Assembly (NCBI GenBank): GCA_964542235.1
Contig: CAZITT010000001.1
Coordinates: 1-46,775, forward strand
Direction: 5' to 3'
Length of the DNA: 46,775 bases
DNA from: an uncultured Muribaculaceae bacterium
GTDB lineage: Bacteria > Bacillota_I > Bacilli_A > RF39 > UBA660
The notes under the pieces are model-generated. The model did not search any database. It worked only from the letters and a program-made list of their open reading frames with translations, and had not been told where the DNA came from. Shown here piece after piece: positions 26,124 to 35,700 of the stretch (positions are counted from its first letter, which is position 1; each line of letters begins with the position of its first letter). A program made the position numbers and the translations under genes.

Positions 26124-27233
26124 ATGGAAATTATTGGAATCATAACAGAATATAATCCATTTCATAATGGACACCTTTATCATATAAATGAAATAAAAAA
26201 ATTATATCCAAATTCATTAATAATTTGTGTGATGAGCGGCTCTTTTTGTCAACGTGGTGATATTAGCATTATAAATAAATGGGCTAAAACAGAGATAGCT
26301 TTAGAAAATAACATTGATATTGTGGTAGAATTGCCATTTCCTTTTGCAACTCAATCGGCTGATATTTTTGCAAAAGGGGCTATTGCTATTTTAAATCAAT
26401 TAAAAGTTAATAAAATAATCTTTGGCAGTGAATTAAATAATATCGAAGAAATAAAAAAAATAGTAAAAAAACAATTAAATGACAAATCAAATATTAAAAA
26501 GTATTTAAATCAAGGTCTAAATTATCCAACTGCCTTATCTAAATCATTAGATAGTAACATAAATACTCCTAATGATCTACTCGCTATTTCCTATATTAAA
26601 CAAATTATGATTAACAATTATCAAATAGAAGCGATTACAATAAAAAGAACCAATAATTATCACGATAATAATTTAAATAATAAAATTGTTAGTGCATCAG
26701 CGATTAGGAATAACTTAAATAATAAAAATATTAAAAAATACTTACCTATTAAAGCATATAAAAATATATATAAAATTGATAATGAAAATTATTTTAATCT
26801 TTTAAAATATCAAATTGTTAGCAATATTAATAATTTAAATAAATTTCAAACCGTAGATGAAGGAATTGAAAATAAAATTAAAAAGTGTATTTATGATGCT
26901 AAAAACAGAGAACAATTAATTAAAAGTATCAAATCAAAACGATATACTTACAACCGAATTAACAGAATGCTTACACATATTCTTACTTCTTTTACTAAAG
27001 ATGAAGCTAACAGATGCCAAAATATTGAATACATAAAAATATTAGGATTTAATGATAAAGGTAGAAATTATTTAAATAAAATAAAAAAAGAAGTAAGTAT
27101 TCCTATAATTACTTCATATAAATATAATAGTTTATCATTAACTATTGAATATCGAGTAAATAATATTTATAGTTTAATTACAAAAGACGTTAATTTAATA
27201 AAAAAAGAACTACAAAAACCTATTATTAAATAA
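26124..27233 (+). CDS. tmcAL: tRNA(Met) cytidine acetate ligase (YlbM/UPF0348 family nucleotidyltransferase)
   Basis: N-terminus MEIIGIITEYNPFHNGHLYHI (HxGH nucleotidyltransferase motif) and overall length typical of TmcAL/YlbM. Start ATG at 26124 is preceded by GGTGATAG. Confidence 0.8.
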   Translation: MEIIGIITEYNPFHNGHLYHINEIKKLYPNSLIICVMSGSFCQRGDISIINKWAKTEIALENNIDIVVELPFPFATQSADIFAKGAIAILNQLKVNKIIFGSELNNIEEIKKIVKKQLNDKSNIKKYLNQGLNYPTALSKSLDSNINTPNDLLAISYIKQIMINNYQIEAITIKRTNNYHDNNLNNKIVSASAIRNNLNNKNIKKYLPIKAYKNIYKIDNENYFNLLKYQIVSNINNLNKFQTVDEGIENKIKKCIYDAKNREQLIKSIKSKRYTYNRINRMLTHILTSFTKDEANRCQNIEYIKILGFNDKGRNYLNKIKKEVSIPIITSYKYNSLSLTIEYRVNNIYSLITKDVNLIKKELQKPIIK

Positions 27234-27237
27234 ATTT

Positions 27238-27645
27238 CTATAATTTTTTAAACACAAATATCTTACTAAAAAGATAATTTAATATTAAAATTACAAATTG
27301 TAATAGTATTTTAGCAATTTTATCATTTAAGTAAATAATATCAACTAGCAAATACATTAATAAAACCTCTATTAATAAAGTAAATATTCTAGCAGATACA
27401 AATTTAATTAATTCTCTATATTTATTTTGAATGCTTTTAAAAACATACTTCTTGTTGGTGTAAAAAGCAAATAAAACAGCACATATCCAAGACATAATTG
27501 ATGAAATAATATAATTAATATTAATAAATCTGAAGACAAAATAACTAAAAATTGATACTCCTGTAGTTAAGGCTCCAACTATAACATAATTAATAATTTC
27601 TTCATATTTTTTATATATTTTTTTTATTTTATTGATTATTTTCAT
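27238..27645 (-). CDS. gtrA: GtrA-family membrane protein (putative polyprenyl-phosphate-sugar flippase)
   Basis: Four TM segments with the GtrA-like start YVIVGALTTGVSIFSYFVF. ATG at 27645 is preceded by AAGGA. It overlaps the end of the upstream GT2 gene by 17 nt. Confidence 0.75.
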   Translation of the reverse strand: MKIINKIKKIYKKYEEIINYVIVGALTTGVSIFSYFVFRFININYIISSIMSWICAVLFAFYTNKKYVFKSIQNKYRELIKFVSARIFTLLIEVLLMYLLVDIIYLNDKIAKILLQFVILILNYLFSKIFVFKKL

Positions 27646-28543
27646 AAATATCCTTAGTGATGTAAATTGGTCTTTTTTTAACTTCATTATAAGTTTTATC
27701 TATATATTTACTAAATATAGATAAAATAAGTACGTTAAAGTATGAAATTATTAATATAAAAATAAACAAATTATAACTAGATAAGTTGTTATTTACAAGA
27801 CCTAATATTATTAAAATAGAAATTGTTAAAATTATTACTTTTCTAAATAATTTACATAATAGAAGAGGCAAATTGGCAAAGGCAATGATACCATCAATTG
27901 CATAATTATATAACTTTTTAAAATTATATTTAGACTTACCTATTTTTCTTTTATTAACGCTATATGGTAAATAAACTACATCAAAGCCAATATAAGGAAA
28001 TATTCCTTTAGAAAAACGATTAACTTCTTTAAAGCTTAAAATTGTATCAATCATTTTTCTGTTTATAAGTCTAAAATCGCTTGCATTTTCTATAATGTTT
28101 ATTCCTATGACTTTATTAAATATTTTATAAAATATTTTTTTACAAAAAGATATAATAAAATTTTCTTTTCTTCTTTTTTGATAAAAGCTTACACCATCAC
28201 ATTTTTTTTCATTTACTGTTTTTAACATCTTTAATATTAATTGCGGATCTTGTTGCAAATCAACATCGATCATAACAGCATAATCTCCAGAACAGTTTTC
28301 AAGACCAGCATAAATAGCTGCCTCTTTGCCAAAGTTTCTTGAAAAATCAAGTATTTTTATCTTACACAGATTAGTATTTATTAATTTTTTCATTTCTAAT
28401 AATGTTTGATCATAGCTTCCATCGTTAATAAATATTAGCTCGAAATTATATTCTTTACTAAATATTTTTTTTATTTCATCAAAGAAGGGTTTTATATTTC
28501 CTTCTTCATTATAACAGGGAATAATTACCGAAATACTTCTCAT
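27629..28543 (-). CDS. GT2 polyprenyl-phosphate glycosyltransferase (GtrB/CsbB type) with two C-terminal TM segments
   Basis: ISVIIPCYNEEGNI, FINDGSYDQT and DVDLQQDP (DxD) motifs, then two C-terminal TM helices. I prefer the ATG at 28543 (AAAGGAG RBS), which removes the overlap with ugd. Confidence 0.85.
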   Translation of the reverse strand: MRSISVIIPCYNEEGNIKPFFDEIKKIFSKEYNFELIFINDGSYDQTLLEMKKLINTNLCKIKILDFSRNFGKEAAIYAGLENCSGDYAVMIDVDLQQDPQLILKMLKTVNEKKCDGVSFYQKRRKENFIISFCKKIFYKIFNKVIGINIIENASDFRLINRKMIDTILSFKEVNRFSKGIFPYIGFDVVYLPYSVNKRKIGKSKYNFKKLYNYAIDGIIAFANLPLLLCKLFRKVIILTISILIILGLVNNNLSSYNLFIFILIISYFNVLILSIFSKYIDKTYNEVKKRPIYITKDIYENNQ

Positions 28544-28556
28544 ATAATAATCTCCT

Positions 28557-29852
28557 TTACCTTCCAATTGATTTATAAATAATTTCATGTTTCTTTACTT
28601 CTTCTAAATTGTAACAATTTCTACCATCATAAACAACTGGTTTTATCATTAATTTAGCGTATAGTTTTAAATCAATATTTTTTATTTCAGGCCACTCAGT
28701 AAAAATAAAACATACATCCTTATCTTTTATGGCACTTATAATAGTATTTGCATACATTATTTTGTCTTTAAAAATTTTTCTAAAATTATCTAATCCAATA
28801 GGATCATAAGCAGTTACTTCACATCCACATTCTAGTAATAACTCTGTGTTTATAATTGAAGGAGCTTCTCTTAAATCATCAGTTCCTGGTTTAAATGTGA
28901 CTCCTAAAATAGCAACTTTTTTATTTTTTAAATCTGGATAATCCTTCTTAAACTTTTCAAAAAGCTTAATCTTTTGGGCTTTATTTACTTCAATACAAGC
29001 TTTAATTGTTTTTAATTCATTACCTAAAGTCTTACTTAACCAATGAAGTGCTTTAGTATCCTTAGGAAAACAACTTCCTCCATAGCCAATACCCGCATTT
29101 AAGAATTTATTTCCTATTCTGGAATCATATCCCATTCCTTTAGTAACATCTTCAATATTAGCTCCTACACTCTCACAAAAATTAGCAATTTCATTAATAA
29201 ATGATATTTTAAGGGCTAAAAAGTTATTAGATGCATATTTTACCATTTCAGCACTTTTTCTGTTCATAAAAATAATAGGAACATTATATGGTTCTTTAGT
29301 TAAAGGTAAGTAAAATTCTTCCATTATTTTTTTAGCATGATCATTTTCAACGCCAATAATTATTCTGGATGCATAAAGAGTATCTTTAACTGCCGTTCCT
29401 TGAGCTAAAAATTCAGGATTGGAAACTACATCTATTTTGTATTTAGAATCAGTATTTAATTTTTCTTCAATTATATCGTTTGTTCCAATCGGAACAGTAG
29501 ATTTTATTATTACTACACAGTCTTTATTAATAGATGCTTTAATTTGATCTATTACTTGATAAACATAATCTAAATTAGCAGAGCCATCTTCTCGCTCCGG
29601 CGTTCCTACTCCAACAAAAATAACATCTTTATTTTTATATGCCTCTTTGTAATCAGTAGTATATTTTAAATTACTACGATTTTTTTTCATTAAGTCTTCT
29701 AATTTATCCTCATATATTGGAGATATTCCTTTATTCATTATATCTATTTTATTCTGATCGATATCAATACACGTTACATGATGATTAATATGGGCTAAAC
29801 TAACCCCTGTTACTAATCCAACATATCCTGTTCCTGCTACTGCTACTTCCAT
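28557..29852 (-). CDS. ugd: UDP-glucose 6-dehydrogenase
   Basis: N-terminal Rossmann motif VAVAGTGYVGLVTG and catalytic-Cys motif GGSCFPKD. Length is 431 aa. Confidence 0.95.
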   Translation of the reverse strand: MEVAVAGTGYVGLVTGVSLAHINHHVTCIDIDQNKIDIMNKGISPIYEDKLEDLMKKNRSNLKYTTDYKEAYKNKDVIFVGVGTPEREDGSANLDYVYQVIDQIKASINKDCVVIIKSTVPIGTNDIIEEKLNTDSKYKIDVVSNPEFLAQGTAVKDTLYASRIIIGVENDHAKKIMEEFYLPLTKEPYNVPIIFMNRKSAEMVKYASNNFLALKISFINEIANFCESVGANIEDVTKGMGYDSRIGNKFLNAGIGYGGSCFPKDTKALHWLSKTLGNELKTIKACIEVNKAQKIKLFEKFKKDYPDLKNKKVAILGVTFKPGTDDLREAPSIINTELLLECGCEVTAYDPIGLDNFRKIFKDKIMYANTIISAIKDKDVCFIFTEWPEIKNIDLKLYAKLMIKPVVYDGRNCYNLEEVKKHEIIYKSIGR

Positions 29853-29878
29853 ATTATTTAATCCTTTCGAACTTTAAA

Positions 29879-30346
29879 TTATTTTTTATTTATTTCCTTT
29901 TTTAATTTATTAATAAAATTATCATTATTACTTATAAATTTTTTAGGTTTAAAATTTTTAGATACTTTTATTAATTGGTTTAAATCATCATTTTCATCTA
30001 ACTTTAATATATATCCTTCTTCTGAAAAGATATTTACTATTTCTTCCTGATGATCATCAACATGTTCTTTATATTTTTCTTTTCTAGCACAAGCGATCAC
30101 CTTTTTGCCTTTTTTTAAAGGTCCAATTATCGAACCAGTTCCTCCATGAGTTATTATAAGATCTGCCTGTTTTACGTAATTATCCATTTTTTCATAATCA
30201 ATAAAATCAAATATTTCCATTTTCTTACTTTGATATTTTGTATGACCAGCTTGAACAATTATTTTATCTTTTAAATCTAATTTTTCAAGATAATTAAGCA
30301 ATCTTGTAAATTGTTGTTTTTGAGTGCCAAGAGTTACTAAAATCAT
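29879..30346 (-). CDS. Alg13-like / Cps14G-PssE family glycosyltransferase catalytic half
   Basis: MILVTLGTQKQQFTRLL and ITHGGTGSI motifs. Its ATG overlaps the upstream stop (TAATG), and GGGGAGGG is the RBS. Confidence 0.8.
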   Translation of the reverse strand: MILVTLGTQKQQFTRLLNYLEKLDLKDKIIVQAGHTKYQSKKMEIFDFIDYEKMDNYVKQADLIITHGGTGSIIGPLKKGKKVIACARKEKYKEHVDDHQEEIVNIFSEEGYILKLDENDDLNQLIKVSKNFKPKKFISNNDNFINKLKKEINKK

Positions 30347-30816
30347 TAATAAATCCCTCCCCAATATGCTGCTTTAGGATAAAATTTTAACATTGATTCC
30401 CATTGAACTACAAATGTAGTATAAGCATGTAATTTATATATATATTTTCCCGTTATTGATGGTGTATCTCGTTTAGCAAAACTTTCAATAAAAATAACTT
30501 TCTTACTAAATATTTTACCTAAACAACACATAGCTGCTGCTGTATTGGCTCCTGTTGATACAATTACATCAGGATGATATTTTATAAAATAAAACAATGA
30601 TAGAATGCAACTTAATATTAATATGAAAGGATATGCCAATTTTTCATTTCTTGATCCATATGGTAAATATTTAATTTTATATTTATTTATTAATTTCTTA
30701 GTAACTTCTGTCTTTTCTGTTATTAAAATATAATTATAATTATTAAATATCGATTTAAGTTCCAAAAGCTGAGTTAAATGCCCTCCAACGCTTGATATAA
30801 ACATTACTTTTTTCAT
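30346..30816 (-). CDS. Alg14-like / Cps14F-PssD family glycosyltransferase membrane-anchoring half
   Basis: KVMFISSVGGHLTQLLEL and STGANTAAAM motifs with an internal hydrophobic segment. It is paired with the Alg13-like gene. Confidence 0.8.
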   Translation of the reverse strand: MKKVMFISSVGGHLTQLLELKSIFNNYNYILITEKTEVTKKLINKYKIKYLPYGSRNEKLAYPFILILSCILSLFYFIKYHPDVIVSTGANTAAAMCCLGKIFSKKVIFIESFAKRDTPSITGKYIYKLHAYTTFVVQWESMLKFYPKAAYWGGIY

Positions 30817-30840
30817 ATTTTATCACCTACTATTTCAATT

Positions 30841-33207
30841 TTATTTATAAAAATCTTTTTTGTCATATATTTTTAAATATATAGACCAATGCGATTTGCC
30901 ATTTATTTTTTTATTATACGGTATGTATAGATATATTTTATCATCAACTTTCATTATTGTCGACTTATAAACTCTACTATTTTCTTCAGTTTTAACAAAT
31001 GATATATCAATATTCTTAATAGTTTCAAAATTTAAGCCATTATTTGATTTCATCAGACAAAGTTCACCATTTTGTAAATAAGCTAAATAGTAATAACTAT
31101 TATCTTCTCTAATTATTTCACCATGCCATACTATCTTAGTAAAGTTATTGATTTCAACTTTTATAGGACTTGTCCATTTTTTTAAGTCATTACTTTCTCG
31201 GTAATAAATATTCCCATCATAATTTACATACCAAATTTTATATTTATTATTTTCATAAATAATACTCATACTCATAAAAGCCTGATTATCTTCTTTATCA
31301 AAAATTAACTCTTCTTTAGACCAGTTAATTCCATCCTTACTTGTTTTTCGATAAATTAAACAATTATATTTTTTACTTTCAACTTTTCCATATATATATG
31401 GATTAAATCGATACCAAAGTTCAAACTGACCATTATTATAAAATAAATAAGGATCTGAACAATAATCTTTAATATGATTTTTAGTTGTACAAGCAACTGG
31501 ATTAGAAAGTCCATTTGGAACAATCCAGTGGGTTCCAGAATTTGATGCTAAAATAGAAGGATTTTCATATCTTGGATTATCATTTGGAAGAGGAGTTAAC
31601 GTTAACCAATATTTATAGCCAGAAACTTTTTTATTTAAATTTACTATTGAAGGATGAGTTGCCTGATTACTTCCATCGTAGGTTGTCGTAACAATAAAAT
31701 TACTAAAATACTTATTTTCTAAACTATGGTAATACTTGTAATAACTAACAAAATAAACTGTATAACTATTATTAAGATGATAATATTTTAAGAAACTATT
31801 ATATTGCTCTTCATTGGTTGGCTTTCCTTTTTGTCTTATAATTTGAGGATAAGGATAACTTGGTAAAATAATATTATAATCTTTTATTTTTATTTTAAAA
31901 TTGATAATTTCTGATATTTCTAGTTTGTTTAAATAATTTTTATAGGCAACATAACCAAGTATTACTGATAATGATAAACTTCCTATAATTATCAAAATAT
32001 TTATTATTTTTGGTTTAATAACAAATAAGTTATTAGCAAGTAAATAAGTAAAAATTATCAATATTACATATGAAGAGAAAAAGCATCTTGGTCCAATGCG
32101 ATAAGAAACTAATAGAGGAAGAGCTACTATAAATGCTGATAAAAATAAACATAATAACATGAAAAACTGATTTTTATCTTTTTGATAAAACAATTTATAT
32201 AAAAGATGAATTATAACATAAACATAAATTAAAAAGATTAATAACTTAATTTTAGTTGAAAATATAAAATTTAAAGGATTAAAGTATAAAAAAGGATATA
32301 TTATAAAAGTTATTAACGATAATGCTATTATTAGTAATTGTGCATACTTATTTTTTACTTTTTTAATATTAAGAACAAATAGTATTCCAATAATAAAATT
32401 TAAAACAATATTCTCGTATGATAAACTATCTAACCAAATAGTATTTTTTAAATTGTAAATTATTTTATCTATAAAACCCATATTAACAAAAAAATCAGCA
32501 TTAGTAAGTCTTGGCATATTTCCCCAATAAACTGGCGATAAAAAAGTAAGGGCGCAAAAAGCAATGCTAGTAAATAAGAATACTAATTGTAACTTATATA
32601 CTTCCTTTCTTATTAAGTAACTTGCTCCTATTATTCCAACAGCTAAAAGGACACTAAAAATAGAATTATGCTCTGTAAATAAATTCATGAATATTCCACA
32701 TAAGATAGCTATTACGTAATGATACCATTTGTATTCAATTTTTGCTTCTTTATTAAAAATATCTTTAGAAATATAAATAATCTCAGCAATACATAATCCT
32801 GGTATAACAAAATTAGCAAAACTACTCATCCAAGATATCGTATCTTTAAACATGCTAAGAGGCATTAAAATTAATAATAAAAAGCTTAACAAAATGCTTT
32901 GAAATTTATTAATTTTAATATATTTTGATAAAACAGTTATAAGAGTTAGCATAACTAAAGATGAAAAAATGCTTTTAAAAATATCACTATATTTAAATAA
33001 GCAAACTAAAATATTTCCAAAAAATCTACCATTATAAGTTTTCCATAGATAAACACTATTTTTTATTGAAGATAAAAAATTAAGAGACTTTTTACCCCAG
33101 TCGTCACTATTATAAGGAAACATATAAAATAATGCTCCTAGGAAAACAAAAATAATAAAACTAATAATTATGTCATAATAATTCTTTTTTATAAAATTCT
33201 TTAACAT
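30841..33207 (-). CDS. fusion protein: polytopic (~12 TM) GT-C/DUF6056-like membrane domain plus a C-terminal extracytoplasmic beta-propeller (glycoside-hydrolase-like) domain
   Basis: The first ~420 aa are almost entirely TM helices (YMFPYNSDDWGKKS near the start). The last ~300 aa read ATHPSIVNL...YKYWLTLTPLPNDNPRYENPSILAS..G.HW, with repeated W/Y-rich blade-like segments. Confidence 0.55.
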   Translation of the reverse strand: MLKNFIKKNYYDIIISFIIFVFLGALFYMFPYNSDDWGKKSLNFLSSIKNSVYLWKTYNGRFFGNILVCLFKYSDIFKSIFSSLVMLTLITVLSKYIKINKFQSILLSFLLLILMPLSMFKDTISWMSSFANFVIPGLCIAEIIYISKDIFNKEAKIEYKWYHYVIAILCGIFMNLFTEHNSIFSVLLAVGIIGASYLIRKEVYKLQLVFLFTSIAFCALTFLSPVYWGNMPRLTNADFFVNMGFIDKIIYNLKNTIWLDSLSYENIVLNFIIGILFVLNIKKVKNKYAQLLIIALSLITFIIYPFLYFNPLNFIFSTKIKLLIFLIYVYVIIHLLYKLFYQKDKNQFFMLLCLFLSAFIVALPLLVSYRIGPRCFFSSYVILIIFTYLLANNLFVIKPKIINILIIIGSLSLSVILGYVAYKNYLNKLEISEIINFKIKIKDYNIILPSYPYPQIIRQKGKPTNEEQYNSFLKYYHLNNSYTVYFVSYYKYYHSLENKYFSNFIVTTTYDGSNQATHPSIVNLNKKVSGYKYWLTLTPLPNDNPRYENPSILASNSGTHWIVPNGLSNPVACTTKNHIKDYCSDPYLFYNNGQFELWYRFNPYIYGKVESKKYNCLIYRKTSKDGINWSKEELIFDKEDNQAFMSMSIIYENNKYKIWYVNYDGNIYYRESNDLKKWTSPIKVEINNFTKIVWHGEIIREDNSYYYLAYLQNGELCLMKSNNGLNFETIKNIDISFVKTEENSRVYKSTIMKVDDKIYLYIPYNKKINGKSHWSIYLKIYDKKDFYK

Positions 33208-33208
33208 A

Positions 33209-34750
33209 TCATTTTCTCCTAGTTATTTTATTTTTAAAAATATCTTTAATAGTTTCCCAAAATCTTCTTTCTAAATATAAAAATTCTTTTCTATAAAACA
33301 AATTAAACATTCCAATTACAATTAACAAAATAATAATTCCATAAATTAGTGAATAAACAAACCACATTGTTAAACTTTTAGGAACAAATGGCATAATCAT
33401 CGAAAATAAGTAAACGATTGAAATAGTTAATAAAATTATTAAGATATTTTTTAAATGATAACCTAGCCAGAAAAGAACATCAAATTTATTAAACAATTTT
33501 TTAGCGGAATGATAAGCATAGCCCCAAGATTCTATTCCAAAAGAAGCAATAATTGTTCCAATTAATACGCCATTAATTCCATAACCTTTAACCAAAGCAA
33601 AAGATATTACTAAATTAACAAGAGCTGTTGCCATTAACATCTTTTTTGTTTCTTTAAATATGCCAAGAATGTTAGAAAGGATATGAGATGATCTAACAGT
33701 CAAGTTATGGTACAACATTAATAAAAACAATATTAAAGTAACAGTTGAAGCTGAATACTTTCCACCAATCCAAATAATTACAAATTTATTTAAAACAAAG
33801 AATAATAAAATAATCATTAATACTGCAAAAAAAGAAAATATGGTATTAGTTTGTAAAATGGATTTTTTTATTTTTTCTTCATCGTTAGTAGCTACAATAC
33901 TACCTATCCCATCTTTTATGGCATAAAAGATATGTTTGGAAGTATCAACAGTATATTTTATTATATAATTATAAGATCCATAGACAACAACTGATTCTGT
34001 TCCCACAAAAGAGGATAAAAGAACAATATCAATATTATTAGAGATTAATCCTGCAATTCGATGAATTATTAAACTATTAACATCTTTTTTTATTTCATAA
34101 TTTTTATTTTTGACATTTTTTAGCCATGGATAATCTTTTTTTATTTTATTATTTATTATTACATTTTGAATTATTGCAATAAATGATGAGGGAATTAATA
34201 TCAAAATATAATTAAATCCTTGATATAAAAGAAGTATTTCTACTAATATTTCTAATGTTTTAAATGAATACATAATAACATTAAATTTATAACTTTTATT
34301 ATCAGCTGTTACCACATATCTAGGAACAAACATAAAATAATCAATAACATTTTTAAGGACAAAAAGCATGAAAGTCACTACTAAAAAAATTAAATTGAAA
34401 TTATTTTCTTTAATTATAAACTGAATAAAGAATGACAAAATAAAACCTATTATAATCATTCCAATTCCTATTTTTTTAAATATATCTACTGTTCCTGAAT
34501 ATAATCTATTTATTTCATTATAATTTTTATTATTTAAATGCTTATATAATCTATACATTAAAGCTGATCCAAAACCAGCTTCTAAAACACTAATATAAGA
34601 AAATAGATTAATATAAACTTGATTTAAGGCAAAAATATCTTCTCCTAATGACGTTATAAAAATTCTTACTTTTAATATGCCTAAAATTGCAATTATAAAA
34701 TAAAATATATAACTAGATAAAAAATTTAGAATCCCATTTTTAGTTCTCAT
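33209..34750 (-). CDS. wzx: Wzx-type (MOP superfamily) oligosaccharide flippase
   Basis: 513 aa with ~14 TM segments. The N-terminus ILGILKVRIFITSLGEDIFALNQVYINLFSYISVLEAGFGSAL is typical of polysaccharide-biosynthesis flippases. Confidence 0.8.
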   Translation of the reverse strand: MRTKNGILNFLSSYIFYFIIAILGILKVRIFITSLGEDIFALNQVYINLFSYISVLEAGFGSALMYRLYKHLNNKNYNEINRLYSGTVDIFKKIGIGMIIIGFILSFFIQFIIKENNFNLIFLVVTFMLFVLKNVIDYFMFVPRYVVTADNKSYKFNVIMYSFKTLEILVEILLLYQGFNYILILIPSSFIAIIQNVIINNKIKKDYPWLKNVKNKNYEIKKDVNSLIIHRIAGLISNNIDIVLLSSFVGTESVVVYGSYNYIIKYTVDTSKHIFYAIKDGIGSIVATNDEEKIKKSILQTNTIFSFFAVLMIILLFFVLNKFVIIWIGGKYSASTVTLILFLLMLYHNLTVRSSHILSNILGIFKETKKMLMATALVNLVISFALVKGYGINGVLIGTIIASFGIESWGYAYHSAKKLFNKFDVLFWLGYHLKNILIILLTISIVYLFSMIMPFVPKSLTMWFVYSLIYGIIILLIVIGMFNLFYRKEFLYLERRFWETIKDIFKNKITRRK

Positions 34751-34772
34751 AAGCTACATCTCTTTTCGTTTT

Positions 34773-35690
34773 TCAATTGTATTTAATTCCATTTACTATT
34801 CTTTTTTTTCTTACTTTATTAGTTATCAATAAATCAATGTATGGCAATAATTTAAAACCATATTTAATATAATTTAAATTTTTTCTTCTTAAATATTGAA
34901 TAAAAATAAAAGCATTTAATCGATACATCACTTTTCTTCTATCAAGAATGTTTAATTCTTTTAAATATGGCTTTACTAATTTTATTACTTCTTTTTTGGC
35001 TTCTATTGCTTTTAAACTACCTGTTATTCTAGTTTCACCACTATGAAAATACGATCTAGATCCAACAAAATTAAAGTACCCGATTTTGTAATTTCCAACA
35101 ATTGTATTTAACAACAAAATATATTCTTGACTTGCAGGAATATCGTAAAATCCACCTAGATCTTCTAAAACTTCTTTTTTGTAAACATAACCAGTAGTTC
35201 CACTTATAACATCCACTAATATTTTTTTAAGTAAACCTTTTCGTGTCAAATCAAAATTTTTTTTGTAACTATTAATATATTTTTCTTTGGTATCGACATA
35301 ATAATGCTCAACATCACAAAAAATCATATCATAATTATTTTTAGTAATAAATTCAATTTCTTTTTCAATATTATTAGGAAAATAAATATCATCATCATCA
35401 AGAAAAGTTATGTATTCGCCTTTTGCATTTTTAATTCCAAAATTTCTAGTTTTACAGGCTCCACCATTTTTAGGCATTTTTAAATATTTGACTTTAGGAT
35501 TATTTTGATATTTTTTATTGATTAAATTTTCGGTTTCTTTTCTATGTATTGAATCCTTATCATTATCATCTACTACTATAATCTCAATATTATCGTATGT
35601 TTGTTTTAAACCAGAATCAATTGCTCTTTTTAATGTCGTTGGTCTACTATATGTTGGGATAACAATACTAACTAATGACTTTTTCTTCAT
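34773..35690 (-). CDS. family 2 glycosyltransferase
   Basis: VSIVIPTYSRPTTLKRAIDSGLKQTYDNIEIIVVDDND and the FLDDDD (DxD) motif. Confidence 0.85.
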   Translation of the reverse strand: MKKKSLVSIVIPTYSRPTTLKRAIDSGLKQTYDNIEIIVVDDNDKDSIHRKETENLINKKYQNNPKVKYLKMPKNGGACKTRNFGIKNAKGEYITFLDDDDIYFPNNIEKEIEFITKNNYDMIFCDVEHYYVDTKEKYINSYKKNFDLTRKGLLKKILVDVISGTTGYVYKKEVLEDLGGFYDIPASQEYILLLNTIVGNYKIGYFNFVGSRSYFHSGETRITGSLKAIEAKKEVIKLVKPYLKELNILDRRKVMYRLNAFIFIQYLRRKNLNYIKYGFKLLPYIDLLITNKVRKKRIVNGIKYN

Positions 35691-35700
35691 AATTTACTCC

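Noticed and set aside
28202-28209. Homopolymer tracts (for example T8 inside the GtrB-type GT2 gene) as phase-variation switches
   Set aside because: A/T runs of 7-9 nt occur throughout coding and non-coding DNA in this window, as expected from the base composition and Lys/Phe/Asn-rich proteins. They are not specifically enriched at the 5' ends of surface genes.
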